Positions 1 through 9,670 are shown, counted from the stretch's first letter. The stretch is 15,396 bases of DNA from Vitrella brassicaformis CCMP3155 (GCA_001179505.1 CDMY01000852.1:1-15396); one strand, 5' to 3'. Program-made: numbers and translations. The notes: generated by a model not told the origin, from the letters alone.

Positions 1-34
1 TTAAACAGCCGGCCCGCCTCGCGTCAAAAGGGAG

Positions 35-582
35 ATGGTCGGACGAGGTAAGGAGAGACTCCGAGCCTCAGGAACGGACAGAAAGAGGGCAGGACGGCTG
101 GGAGCGAGGAGGGCCATAGGGAGGCAGGACAGGGTAGGAGGGACAGAGCGAGCGGACACGCGTGTGCATGCGTCGACGGAGAGCACAGTCGCCTTCATTT
201 CCTTCTTCTCTGTGTGCTGTGCGTCGCTCCCAATGCTGCAGCCGTGATAGCGACCATCCCCAGCGACCGGCTGCTCATGGAGGGGATAAGGGAGCTCATC
301 GAGGACCGAGAATACGCGAAGGGTGAGACCAAGCTCCCGTCAATGTATGTGGACACGCCCACACGCTCTCTGTCTATGCAGCCCGCATCCAGGAGTTCAA
401 GGGGCGCCTTGAGGAGTTGTACGCACACATCCGAGAAATAAAGGGTCAGTCACAGTTGCACAATGGGGTCAGAGCAGCCACACACGAGGAGAGACAGACA
501 ATCCCTTGATCGATTCTTTGCGGCATGTCTGTGCATATCCGCCATTCATGCCGGCAGACGAGAAGAGGGAGCTGGAGCAGCA
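35..582 (+). pseudogene. Truncated paralog (copy A) of the N-terminal module of the gene at 9671; 5' end unresolved
   Basis: Exons ..47, 242-322, 382-444, 558-582 (all phase 1) give AVIATIPSDRLLMEGIRELIEDREYAKARIQEFKGRLEELYAHIREIKDEKRELEQQ. Exon lengths of 81 and 63 nt equal exons 2 and 3 of the 9671 gene, and the introns are nearly identical. Homology stops after DEKRELEQQ, where it fuses into copy B. An in-frame TAA lies at 2-4. Confidence 0.6.
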
Positions 583-1124
583 ATGGCCACAGCAGCAAGC
601 AGCCTGTGGGAGCTGCACCTCTGGCACATGGACCGCATCCCTCACTCTGCCAAGACAGACAAGGTCTGGCGAGGTACGCAAGAAAGGCCGTCTCACGATG
701 GCTGGGAACGAGGGGGGCCATAGGGAGGGCAGGACAGGGCAGGAGGGACAGAGCGAGCGGACGCGCGTGTGCATGCGTCAACCAAAAGCACAGTCGCCTT
801 TATTTCCTTCAGTGATGGCGGCCGTGTCCACCGACAAGCACTTCATTAGTGAGATAGTGTTGCTCGTTGAGGACCGAGACCGAGCCAAGAGTGACCAAAC
901 TCCCGTCCATGTAGTATGTGGACACGCCAACACGCTCTCTCTGTCTGTCTATGCAGCCCGCTTGAACCTGCTCGAAGACCGGCTCACGAGACGCATCGTC
1001 GACCTCGACCACACCCTGAAACAGCTGCAGGTGAGTGACCGCAGACAGGGCAGAGGCAGGCCGAGTGTTCCTTCATGCAGGAGGCCGAGGAGGTGGTTTT
1101 CGGCGCCTCACAGCCTGACTGCAG
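583..1124 (+). CDS. Paralog (copy B) of the same module, hypothetical protein; 3' end unresolved (possibly to ~1300-1420)
   Basis: ATG 583; exons 583-673, 813-890, 957-1030, 1081-1124 with GT-AG and consistent phases: MATAASSLWELHLWHMDRIPHSAKTDKVWRVMAAVSTDKHFISEIVLLVEDRDRAKTRLNLLEDRLTRRIVDLDHTLKQLQEAEEVVFGASQPDC. Exon 1 aligns with MAAAKGLYELGLWHMPLNPDSAKIDEIE at 9683. Confidence 0.55.
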
Positions 1125-1522
1125 GTAAACACACACACACACACACGAGACAATACACCCATAGAAGCGTGTATGTATGTGTGTGTTGTATGTGTGTGTT
1201 CCACCGTGTGTCTCTCTGTGTCTGTGTCTCTGCCTCTGCCCCTTTGAAGGCCCGAGGCATACCGCTGTCTACATTTTATATCTCGTCGACCGTTTTCTTG
1301 ATTTCCTCTTCCCAGTAGACGGCCGACAACGAGTCTGCTGATGTCTACGAGGCCACTCAGCGTGTCTGTGGTGGCTAATGTTGGTTGTATGTGTGCGTTG
1401 TCAGTCTGCGATTTCTGAGTCATGGCTTGTCTGGAAGACTCAGAGCCTGACTTACGCGAGGATTGAAGAGCGCTCATGAATGAGCACAAGATGAGTCATC
1501 ACACCTTGACCTAACGGCCATG

Positions 1523-1584
1523 GGTGCGGGCAGCTGGGTGTCGCTGGCCACCGAGCCGAAGCATCCCTTCCACCAGATGACTGT
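1523..1584 (+). repeat. Inverted copy of part of the last tadA exon (partner 2379-2440)
   Basis: 1523-1584 is the reverse complement of 2379-2440 at 61 of 62 positions (encodes GAGSWVSLATEPKHPFHQM). It ends exactly at the N gap. Confidence 0.95.
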
Positions 1585-1884
1585 NNNNNNNNNNNNNNNN
1601 NNNNNNNNNNNNNNNNNNNNNNNNNNNNNNNNNNNNNNNNNNNNNNNNNNNNNNNNNNNNNNNNNNNNNNNNNNNNNNNNNNNNNNNNNNNNNNNNNNNN
1701 NNNNNNNNNNNNNNNNNNNNNNNNNNNNNNNNNNNNNNNNNNNNNNNNNNNNNNNNNNNNNNNNNNNNNNNNNNNNNNNNNNNNNNNNNNNNNNNNNNNN
1801 NNNNNNNNNNNNNNNNNNNNNNNNNNNNNNNNNNNNNNNNNNNNNNNNNNNNNNNNNNNNNNNNNNNNNNNNNNNNNNNNNNNN
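1585..1884. other. Assembly gap (300 N)
   Basis: Run of N. Confidence 1.
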
Positions 1885-2136
1885 GGACCAGATGCAACAC
1901 CCCACAGCCATTCATTGCTCTGGATTGAGGTCAAACCTGATGTCCTGCCACCACACGAATGAACGCTGGCAATCTCATTTCCTCACTCTCATCGCCCGCC
2001 CACGCAAACCACAACGGCGCCACCTAACCCACTGCCCACAACACGACCAGAGCCCGTGTACAGGGCGCGCGCTACATCGCAGGGATTGACGGAAGGACAA
2101 ATGAAGCGCTTACACCTCCATCACGGCATACGTCAC

Positions 2137-2163
2137 GTCAGTCAGTCAGTCAGTCAGTCAGTC
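2137..2163. repeat. (GTCA)n microsatellite
   Basis: gtca repeated about 6.75 times, downstream of tadA. Confidence 0.9.
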
Positions 2164-2208
2164 GATCGGTCAAGGTGGGGATGCAGAGACGACCATGGCC
2201 GTTGTCAC

Positions 2209-2242
2209 CAACCCACTAAATGGGTCAACCCACTAAATGGGT
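2209..2242. repeat. Perfect 17-bp tandem duplication abutting the tadA stop codon
   Basis: caacccactaaatgggt at 2209-2225 and 2226-2242. Each unit contains accca-ctaaa-tgggt (5-bp stem, 5-nt loop). Confidence 0.9.
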
Positions 2243-3102
2243 TCATTCAGCTACACCGCTCCCTCCCCTGCCCTCCCCCGTCAGTGAAGGCACCCCACTC
2301 GCCCCTCGCCTCGCCCGCGCCTCCCTGAAGAAGGTGCGGAGCAGCTGCCTGGCCTCCGTGGCCATGACGCCCCCCCTCACAGCCATCTGGTGGAAGGGAT
2401 GCTTCGGCTCGGTGGCCAGCGACACCCAGCTGCCCGCACCGCCCATTCTGTTGTCTGACGCGCCGTAGACGAGTGTGTGGATGCGCGCCAGCTGCATGGC
2501 GCCCACACACATGGGGCAGGGCTCCAGCGTCGTGTAGAGGGTGCAGTTTAACAGACGCCACGTACCTGCACGTCGACACACAAGCATACATCAACGGGAG
2601 ATGGCTGTCCTCTGCCTGTGATTGTTCATTCAGTGCCTGCAGCACACCGAGTATCTGAGAGGCTTCGCGGATGCACTGCAGCTCGGCGTGTGCGGTGGCG
2701 TCGTGGGCGGCCTCCACGCCATTTCTGCCCACTGATAGGACCTCACCTGTGAAGACACACACATTCTTGCCTGCACACGTCTGCTTCCTTTTTGTGCTGA
2801 CCTTGCCCATCCACGAGCACAGCGCCAATGGGCACCTCTCCTCTCTCAGCCGCCATGGCCGCCTGCTGCAGCGCCAGCCTCATGTACCGCTCATCGGATG
2901 GATGTGTGTCTGCCGCGCAATGCCGCCTCATCCAGCACTGCCGACTCCTCGACGACGTCCTCATGTGCTGCCAATGAACCGGGGCGCCATCTGCAGGCCG
3001 GGTGACCACAAAGCAGTGAGCCGTCATGCTGAATGTGGTGATGGCGAGGCACAAGGATAGCAGGAAGCTTCTCCAGCCGGGAAATGGTTTTTTGTTTGGC
3101 AT
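2243..3102 (-). CDS. tadA: tRNA adenosine(34) deaminase, bacterial/plastid TadA type, with a probable bipartite plastid-targeting leader (240 aa)
   Basis: Exons 3102-2802, 2746-2648, 2565-2243 (723 nt, phase-1 GT-AG introns). The core DERYMRLALQQAAMAAERGEVPIGAVLV..HDATAHAELQCIR..WRLLNCTLYTTLEPCPMCVGAM..RIHTLVYGA..FF has the HAE and PCxxC Zn motifs and follows the bacterial TadA pattern. HPFH recalls chloroplast TADA (from memory). The N-terminus MPNKKPFPGWRSFLLSLCLAITTFSMTAHC|FVVTRP resembles a signal peptide with Phe at +1. An alternative in-frame ATG lies at 3147. Confidence 0.93.
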
Positions 3103-3247
3103 CAAGATGGATGAGTCGCTATGGTCTCTGGCATGCTGACGGGTCACTCCACCAAGGAATCAGCGCCTCGAAGTGCCAGATCTGGGCCCTTCATTACGGA
3201 TCGCAATCATCTGCGAGCTTGCAAGTGATGAAGATCTGCATCCAAGA
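3103..3247. promoter_or_regulatory. Putative shared bidirectional promoter / 5' UTRs of tadA and mnmM
   Basis: Only 145 bp separate the two divergent ATGs. No motif was identified; the call rests on gene geometry. Confidence 0.55.
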
Positions 3248-4389
3248 ATGGCTGTGGCGATGAGTGCCCTGCTGTCGATGCTGCATTTGCCTTTTCTTCA
3301 TCATTCGATGGATGGAACACTGCAGTCGGCGCGCCGTCCTTCCCTCTCTCAGCCGAGCTCTCCGCCGGGGCTTCGCATGAGAGGCGATGCGTCGTGGTGG
3401 TCCTCTCCCCTGGCCTCGCACCTGCCGTTGAGCCGCCTGCTGTGGAAACAAGGGCTCAAGGTGCGCAATGGACGAGCTCAATACACATCGTCCTTCCGTA
3501 TGTTTGGCTGTTGTCTGTCAGATAGCCTGGCGGCAGGGCTGTGGACGCCACATGTGGCAACGGGAAGGACTCTCTCTTTCTCAGCACGCTGATCTTCCCA
3601 TCTGATGGCGATGATGAGACGGAGGCCGAGCTGATCTGCATCGATGTCCAGCGAGAAGCTATCGGTGGGTGAGTCAGCAGCCGTGAGGTACACACACTTG
3701 ACACCGCCACTTTGCTGTGTGCTGTTTGCTTCGTTGCAGGTTCGACCCGGTCCCTCCTCGCCGAAGAGTTACGACCACCACATTTGGAGAGGTAGGTCGT
3801 CACAGAGACCAGCCAGGCGGCCTTGAGCTCGTTGACACATTAATCAATTGTGTGATGTATCGCCCCTGCTGTCCGTCCTTAGGATCCGTTTATTCCACCA
3901 AAGCCACGAGAGGTTCCCTGACTGCATCGCCGACAACAGCGTCGATGTGATAGTGTACAACCTCGGGTCAGTTCTGCAGCAATTCAGTGCCTTCATACGT
4001 CATGCATTGATCACGTGTGTGTGATGTACGTACAAATGTGTGGTGTGGTGTGGTGTTAGGTATCTGCCTGGGGGAGACAAGAGCGTGACGACGCGCCACG
4101 ACACCACCATCACGTCGCTGACGGCTGCTCTTAAGCTCATTGTCAAGGGCGGCCTCATATCGGTCATGCTCTACAGGTCAGAAGTGACGCACACAGACGT
4201 CCAGCTTGCTGATATGCCCTGCTGTGTCGTGTTGTGCGTTTCTGCAGGGGCCATCCCGAGGGCACGGTTGAGTCGGATGGCGTCATCAGCTGGGCCTCGC
4301 AGCTTCCGGCCGACGAGTGGCGTGTGTTTCTGCATGAGCCGCTTAATAGGCCGACGTCGCCTGCCCTGATGACTTTGTATAGACTCTAA
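3248..4389 (+). CDS. mnmM: Class I SAM methyltransferase of the YtqB/MnmM family (tRNA nm5(s2)U34 methyltransferase; older name putative rRNA methylase), with a probable organelle-targeting leader (248 aa)
   Basis: Exons 3248-3460, 3526-3664, 3740-3791, 3883-3966, 4060-4176, 4248-4389 (747 nt, all GT-AG, phases consistent). Motifs KPGGRAVDATCGNGKDSLFL, CIDVQREAI, RLFHQSHE, VYNLGYLPGGDKSVTT, GGLISVMLYRGHPEG match the B. subtilis YtqB pattern as recalled (VDATMGNGHDT, FNLGYLPGGDKSITT, YHGHPEG). A ~55-aa hydrophobic then Ser/Arg/Pro-rich extension precedes the domain. Confidence 0.88.
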
Positions 4390-5181
4390 GATGAAGGACA
4401 GATGTGTGCCTGTTGTGGCTGGGAGGGTGGGTGAGTGAGGTGGTCCATGGTCGGGTGTGCGCATGATCGGAACGCGTAGGGCGACGAGAGAGATGAGACG
4501 TGCCTGACGACTTGATGCAGCTACGGATGGCTTGGCCATTCATCGGATGGTTTGGCGATTCATCGCAAAGTGGGTGTGTGCAGTGATGGTATGTACAGTC
4601 TGGTGTTCGTGGGATATTTTCTTCACGGATTGACCCAAGCAACGGTTTCACCCATCCGTCAGCCAGTCCCAGTCTTCCCTCCGTCCCGCATGCACGTCAG
4701 TCCGGTGACGTCCCTCACCCATGCAGCCACCCATCCATCCGTCCACCCATTGCGCACACTCACTACAGCAGCCAGAAAAACACACGACGTCACACCCACA
4801 CATAACACATCCAGCCATTGATTGTCACCGCAGCCAACCAGAGACAATCGAAAAACTGCCAGCTTACGACGGACAGACACTCAACCACAAAGGTGTGAAA
4901 AGGGTGTGGTCCTAGCATAGCAGACTGATATCAAACCAGCCAGCTGCTTGAAAGAGAAAGGGAGAGCGTTGACGGGCTGTCTGTCTGTCTTTCTCTACTG
5001 TACACACGTCTGTCTGTCCCCACTGAATCTATCCGCTGAACCCATCCACCCGCTGAAACCAACGATCCATCCGTCGACCTGCACAACACAGCTCATGCAA
5101 GACGTAAGTGAGCGCATTGGTTTCTCGTGTCTCGCCTCTCCCTCCCTCACTCCCTCACTCACCCGTGCTGTGTGTGTGTGT

Positions 5182-7428
5182 TTAGTAGCGAGTCGTCTTG
5201 CCCTTCTTCTTCTTGCCCTTCTTCTTGTTGGCCTCCTTCTCGACAGCCGGCGCGGGCCTGGGGTCAATCTCGTCATCTCCCGGCGAGTCAGGCGACGAGG
5301 ACTGCTCCTGGGCAACTGCACACACGCACAACACCCACACCCACACACGACACCAGGCATGAGAATCGATTCATTGCGGGAGGGACACATGGCTGGATAT
5401 GTACTTGCTTACCGCGAGAGTTGAAGTTCTGCAGGGCCGCCCCCTTAAGGAGGAAGGATAGAGCAGAATATACACAAACACACACAGTGGTTGTTGGCAT
5501 GCACGTAGAAATGTGTGTATGTGTTTTCTTCCTCTCTGTCGCTTGCGTGCATCCGTACGGCCGCGGCGCCCTGAAATGCACGCCAGCATGTGTGTGTATG
5601 TGTGTGTGTGTGGTGGGTCTTCTCCCTCTGCGCACCTGTGCGGTGTCGTACTGAGCCGCGTCCTGACACACAACGAACTCATCCGCATGTGACTGGGTGG
5701 CTGTGTGTGTGTGTGTGGGGGGGGGGGGAGGTACCTCCAACTTGGGGAGGTAGATGTCGCCGTACGTGTCGTCGTTCAGCTTCTTGGCCAGCCACGTGTT
5801 CGTGTGCCAGTCGAGATACCACTCAAACCCCTCGTAGTCGCGGTAGTCGGAGTTCTCGGCCTCGGGGATGCTCTTGAGGTACTCGAACCAGGAACGCTGC
5901 ACGAAGGCAGGCAGGCCGACACACAAAGAGTGAGGGGCGAGCTGCTGGTTGGTGGAGTCCTTTTGTCTGTCTGTGTGCCCCCACCATCATCGGCATGGGA
6001 CTGATGGTGCGGAACATCGTTTTCTCAAACGAGAGCTCGGCGTCAAACTCACTGCAGCAGCCCAGCACCCATTCAAACCAACACACACACACACACATAC
6101 ACACATGTGCCCGTTTGTATGTGTGTATGTGTGGCGGCCGGCCGGCCGGCCGTACAGGTACCATTGCGCCCCGGCGAAGGGTCTAAGTGTTGTGTCGATG
6201 ATGTTGACCAGCGGGCAGAACACCTTGGGGGCCCAGGGCGAAAGCAACTCGACATACTGACATGACGCAAACACAGAGAGAGAAGCAAGGGACGCCACAC
6301 ACGCAGCTGTGTACACATGTCATCCACAGGTACACACGCGAATAGCGGCGCACCTGTTTCTTGTTGATGTACGTGAAGGCCATGAAGTAGTTCTGCCCAG
6401 CGAACGGCTCGCTGCCACAGGGCCCCTTGCGGCCACGACACGTCGAACTGTCCGCATGCGCGCACCCACACACACACACATGCAGGGGAAGAACACATTC
6501 ACACACGCGATGACCATGAGTCTGGTTGTCCGTCGGTCTGTCTGTCTGTCTGTCTGTCTGTCTTGCGTGTGTGTATGTGCTGTACATCCCCACCTGCTCA
6601 CGAGCTCTATTTTGATCCCCTCGTCCTTCTTGAGCTCAACTTCCTCCATCACCAGGTGGATGGATGAAGGCATAGCACATGTGCGGGCACGTCTGTGAGT
6701 GCATGTTCATCTGCATGTGTCTGTACCATGAGACCCTTGCAGATTTTCCAGTAGTGGAGCACACCCGACACACCCGTCACCAACGCACTGCCCTTCGCTG
6801 TGTGACATGGACAACCACACACACAGACAAATGCGCGCGTGGTTGTGGTCAGGTTTGTTTGTTCGGTCTTACACTCCGTGTCCATGGCCACCATCGTCCA
6901 GTTTTTGGCGAGCTCCATGCCACTGCACCCGGGGTGCAGGGGCGGCCAGTCGCCACGGCACACGAGGGGCAACTGACCTGACACTACACACACACACACA
7001 CACACTCTTGTGTTTCATCCGGACCACGCACATCAGTGTGTGAGTGTTATGTGGTCTCACGCAGTTCGATGAACTGCAGCAGCACTTGAAGCTGGTACCT
7101 GCACACAGCACACACACACACCGGACATACATTCATACAGCGGGCCACCTGCTTTGTCCAGTCACTTGGATAGGCCCTTGAGATCCTCGTAGTCGATTGC
7201 GGGGGGGTGCTTCTTCTTACGGCGAATCGTATCCGCGACCTCCTGCAACCACGATGGACGGACAGCACACGTGCAGCAATGTGCGCATTGCAAGGCAGCA
7301 GCCCCATCCCTCCCTCCCTCCCTCCTCCCCTCCCTGGTGACATGGATCTCTCCCTCCCTCACCTCCTCCTTGTGCATCTTGACCAGATCCGAGCAGGCCG
7401 TGGTGGTGGTGCCGGGCTGGTTGGTCAT
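5182..7428 (-). CDS. Multi-exon hypothetical protein, no family recognised; Lys-rich C-terminus (possible nuclear localisation signal)
   Basis: Phase-consistent exons 7428-7363, 7242-7166, 7098-7061, 6977-~6874, then 6447-6354, 6256-6162, 6051-5985, 5941-5735, then 5443-5413, 5315-5182 (ends EANKKKGKKKKGKTTRY*). Splicing in ~6594-6800 and ~5450-5730 is ambiguous. Confidence 0.7.
6536..6563. repeat. Intronic (GTCT)7 microsatellite
   Basis: Seen directly. Confidence 0.9.
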
Positions 7429-7654
7429 GACGCACTGACGGACTGCAGGAGAAGGGTGGCCTCCGTGCAAGCGACACAGGGGAGGAACTTGCGGGGCCTC
7501 CACCAAACGTATGGGTCGGCGGGTGCCTTTTGCGGGCAAAACCAGACAGAGTGACCTTTGCCAGACTCACGGACGAAAGAAATTGCCTCTGCAGAGTTTC
7601 GGCCGCGATTGAGAATCCTTGTCGAGCTCGTAAATTCTTGGGAGGCCTGTGAAA
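7429..7654. promoter_or_regulatory. Putative divergent promoter region between the hypothetical gene and the kinase
   Basis: 226 bp between divergent predicted ATGs (7428 minus, 7655 plus). Confidence 0.4.
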
Positions 7655-8431
7655 ATGGTCGATGAGGTTGGCGTGGTTGTGCAGGACACGTATGAGATTG
7701 TAGAGAAGATCGGCGAGGGCGGGTAAGGAATGAAAAAGGCCTTCCGACGTCACACATTTGATCTGTCTGCACGGCATTGTATGATGGTGTTGCAGGTGCG
7801 GAACGACGTACAAAGCCAAGCACCCCGCTCACGATGATTTGTTTGCACTCAAGAAGATGATGAAGTGAGGCCGCAAAGCGAGCACTCGTGCTGAGCAGCG
7901 CATGTATCTGGATGGGTCTGTCCTTCCACCTCATGGCCATACGTCAGGCAAGACAACATCCCCCGGTCGGTGTTCGACATCTACAAGCTCCTTTGTCGAG
8001 CGCAACACGGCAACATCGGCAAGATAGTTAAGGTGAGCACATGCGCACGACGTCAAAAGGCGTGGCATGCGGTTGTTTGTTTGTTTGTGTGTGTGTGTGT
8101 GGTAAGGTTATCGAGGAGGATGACTGCTACTGGGTGGTGATGGAGTTCATCGATGGGGAGCCGGTTGAGGACTACATCGATGATGAGGAGGAGGACAGTG
8201 AGGAGGAGGAGGAGGAGGAGGATGATGAGGATGATGGGGAGGAGGACAGCAAGGACGGTGATAAGGAGGAGGACAGTAAGGACAGCAAGACCATCTCCGT
8301 AGACGACTTCTGGCAGGTCGTGCGGGGGGTCCTCAGGGGCCTCAGGTACCTTCACGAGGATCGCAAGGTGAGCGAGTCATCTTCCACCCGCCATCCCTCC
8401 CTCCCCTGCACACACTGCAGGCAATGGCCGG

Positions 8432-8462
<31 letters not shown>

Positions 8463-9315
8463 CAGGTGTATCATCGTGACGTGAAGGCCGACAATGTGAT
8501 GATCACCTTCATAGATGATCAGCTGCGCCACGTGAGGCTGATTGACTTTGACCTCTGCCATGAGATCGGCAAGCCCATGACGGTCATACCCAGCGAGAAC
8601 GCCGTCCCCATTGGCACACTCCGCTACAAGGTGCGCCACCGAAGGACCGACCAACGCACACACACGCCTTCAACTGGTATGTATGCCCATCAGGCTCCCG
8701 AGTTGTATGCTGGCCATTTCGACAAGAGGTCTGACCTGTTTGCTGTGGGCGTCATAGCGTACGAACAGCATAACACAGCACTGACGCAAAGCAGCGCCGG
8801 CCACAGCCGAATGGGCACGTGTGTGTGTGTGAGACCTTGGTTGCTGCAGGTGGCGGCTGATAACAGGCAAGTGGCCGTATAAGTTGACCGACGAGAAGGA
8901 GGAGCAGATGGACAACTACGCGATCCGGGAGACCATCACCGAACAGCTGCAGCAGAGCCTCAGCAACCAGGTGGGTAGGGTCACGTATGGACGGACGGAC
9001 GGACGGACGCATTGAACAGCCAGCACAACCACTCATTCATATGCACTCTCCTTTGTTTGTATGCTCGCACTGTGTTCAGGACGAGACGGTTGCGAGCAAG
9101 CTGGCGATGTACCCGGGAGCCTCTTCTTTGTTGCCCCTGCTGCTGTCCCCCGACCCCAACGACAGAGCACCATCAGGTCACTCTTAATCAGACAGCCATA
9201 CAGACAGCCCAGCTGTGTGCGTGTCTGTCTTGTGCATTCTTTGATGACAATGAATGCAGCAATCGAGGCCTTATGGCATCTGGCTGGAATCCAAAGGGCA
9301 AGAAGCGAGGCTTGA
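7655..9315 (+). CDS. Ser/Thr protein kinase (328 aa) with a DFD motif and a long acidic insert
   Basis: Exons 7655-7722, 7796-7864, 7948-8032, 8107-8367, 8466-8630, 8694-8758, 8850-8970, 9080-9176, 9260-9315 (987 nt). Subdomains: YEIVEKIGEGGCGTTY, FALKK, HGNIGKI, VVMEFIDG, YHRDVKADN, LIDFDL, GTLRYKAPE, SDLFAVG, LLSPDPNDRAPSAIEAL. Confidence 0.92.
8434..8461. repeat. Intronic (GTCT)7 directly upstream of a splice acceptor
   Basis: Runs into gcag|GTG at 8462-8466. Confidence 0.9.
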
Positions 9316-9670
9316 TCTGCCCTTTGGATCCAGCCAAAGCGCTCGTCTGCCGACCTCCGCCAGCAGGCGGCTGGATGTGGGCGTAGCGTACGAATGGTCT
9401 GGTTGCCTGGCTGCGGCCAAGACGAGAAGTCAGCCTGGAGAGGGGAGGGGAGGGGACGGGAGAAGGGCTGTCCATGCCTGTGCATAGTGGGAATGCGATT
9501 GCGGACACTGCCAAAATGAATGTGGATGTCTGACTCATCTACCACTGCAAGCAAAGGCAGCAGTATATCTACATCGACATCGCGTCACCAAATTCAGCAT
9601 CCATGCTCTCAAAAGAAAGAAACTCCCTTGTCTGTGTATGCATGTTTCCGGGCAATATGGCATTAAAACA

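Noticed and set aside
2209-2242. Idea that the 17-nt hairpins mimic TadA's anticodon stem-loop substrate
   Set aside because: The loop lacks the ACG anticodon context that TadA recognises, on either strand.
6134-6152. Self-complementary (CCGG)n run
   Set aside because: A short intronic simple repeat next to a donor site; no evidence of function.
4390-7140. Many ORF-track entries rich in CVCVCV, HTHT or TDRQ
   Set aside because: They are translations of intronic or intergenic microsatellites, not proteins.
9177-9386. Longer kinase C-terminus via the LSCAFFDD frame (ORF 9012-9386)
   Set aside because: It needs a 19-31-nt intron, whereas the acceptor at 9259 gives the canonical-looking RAPSAIEAL ending.
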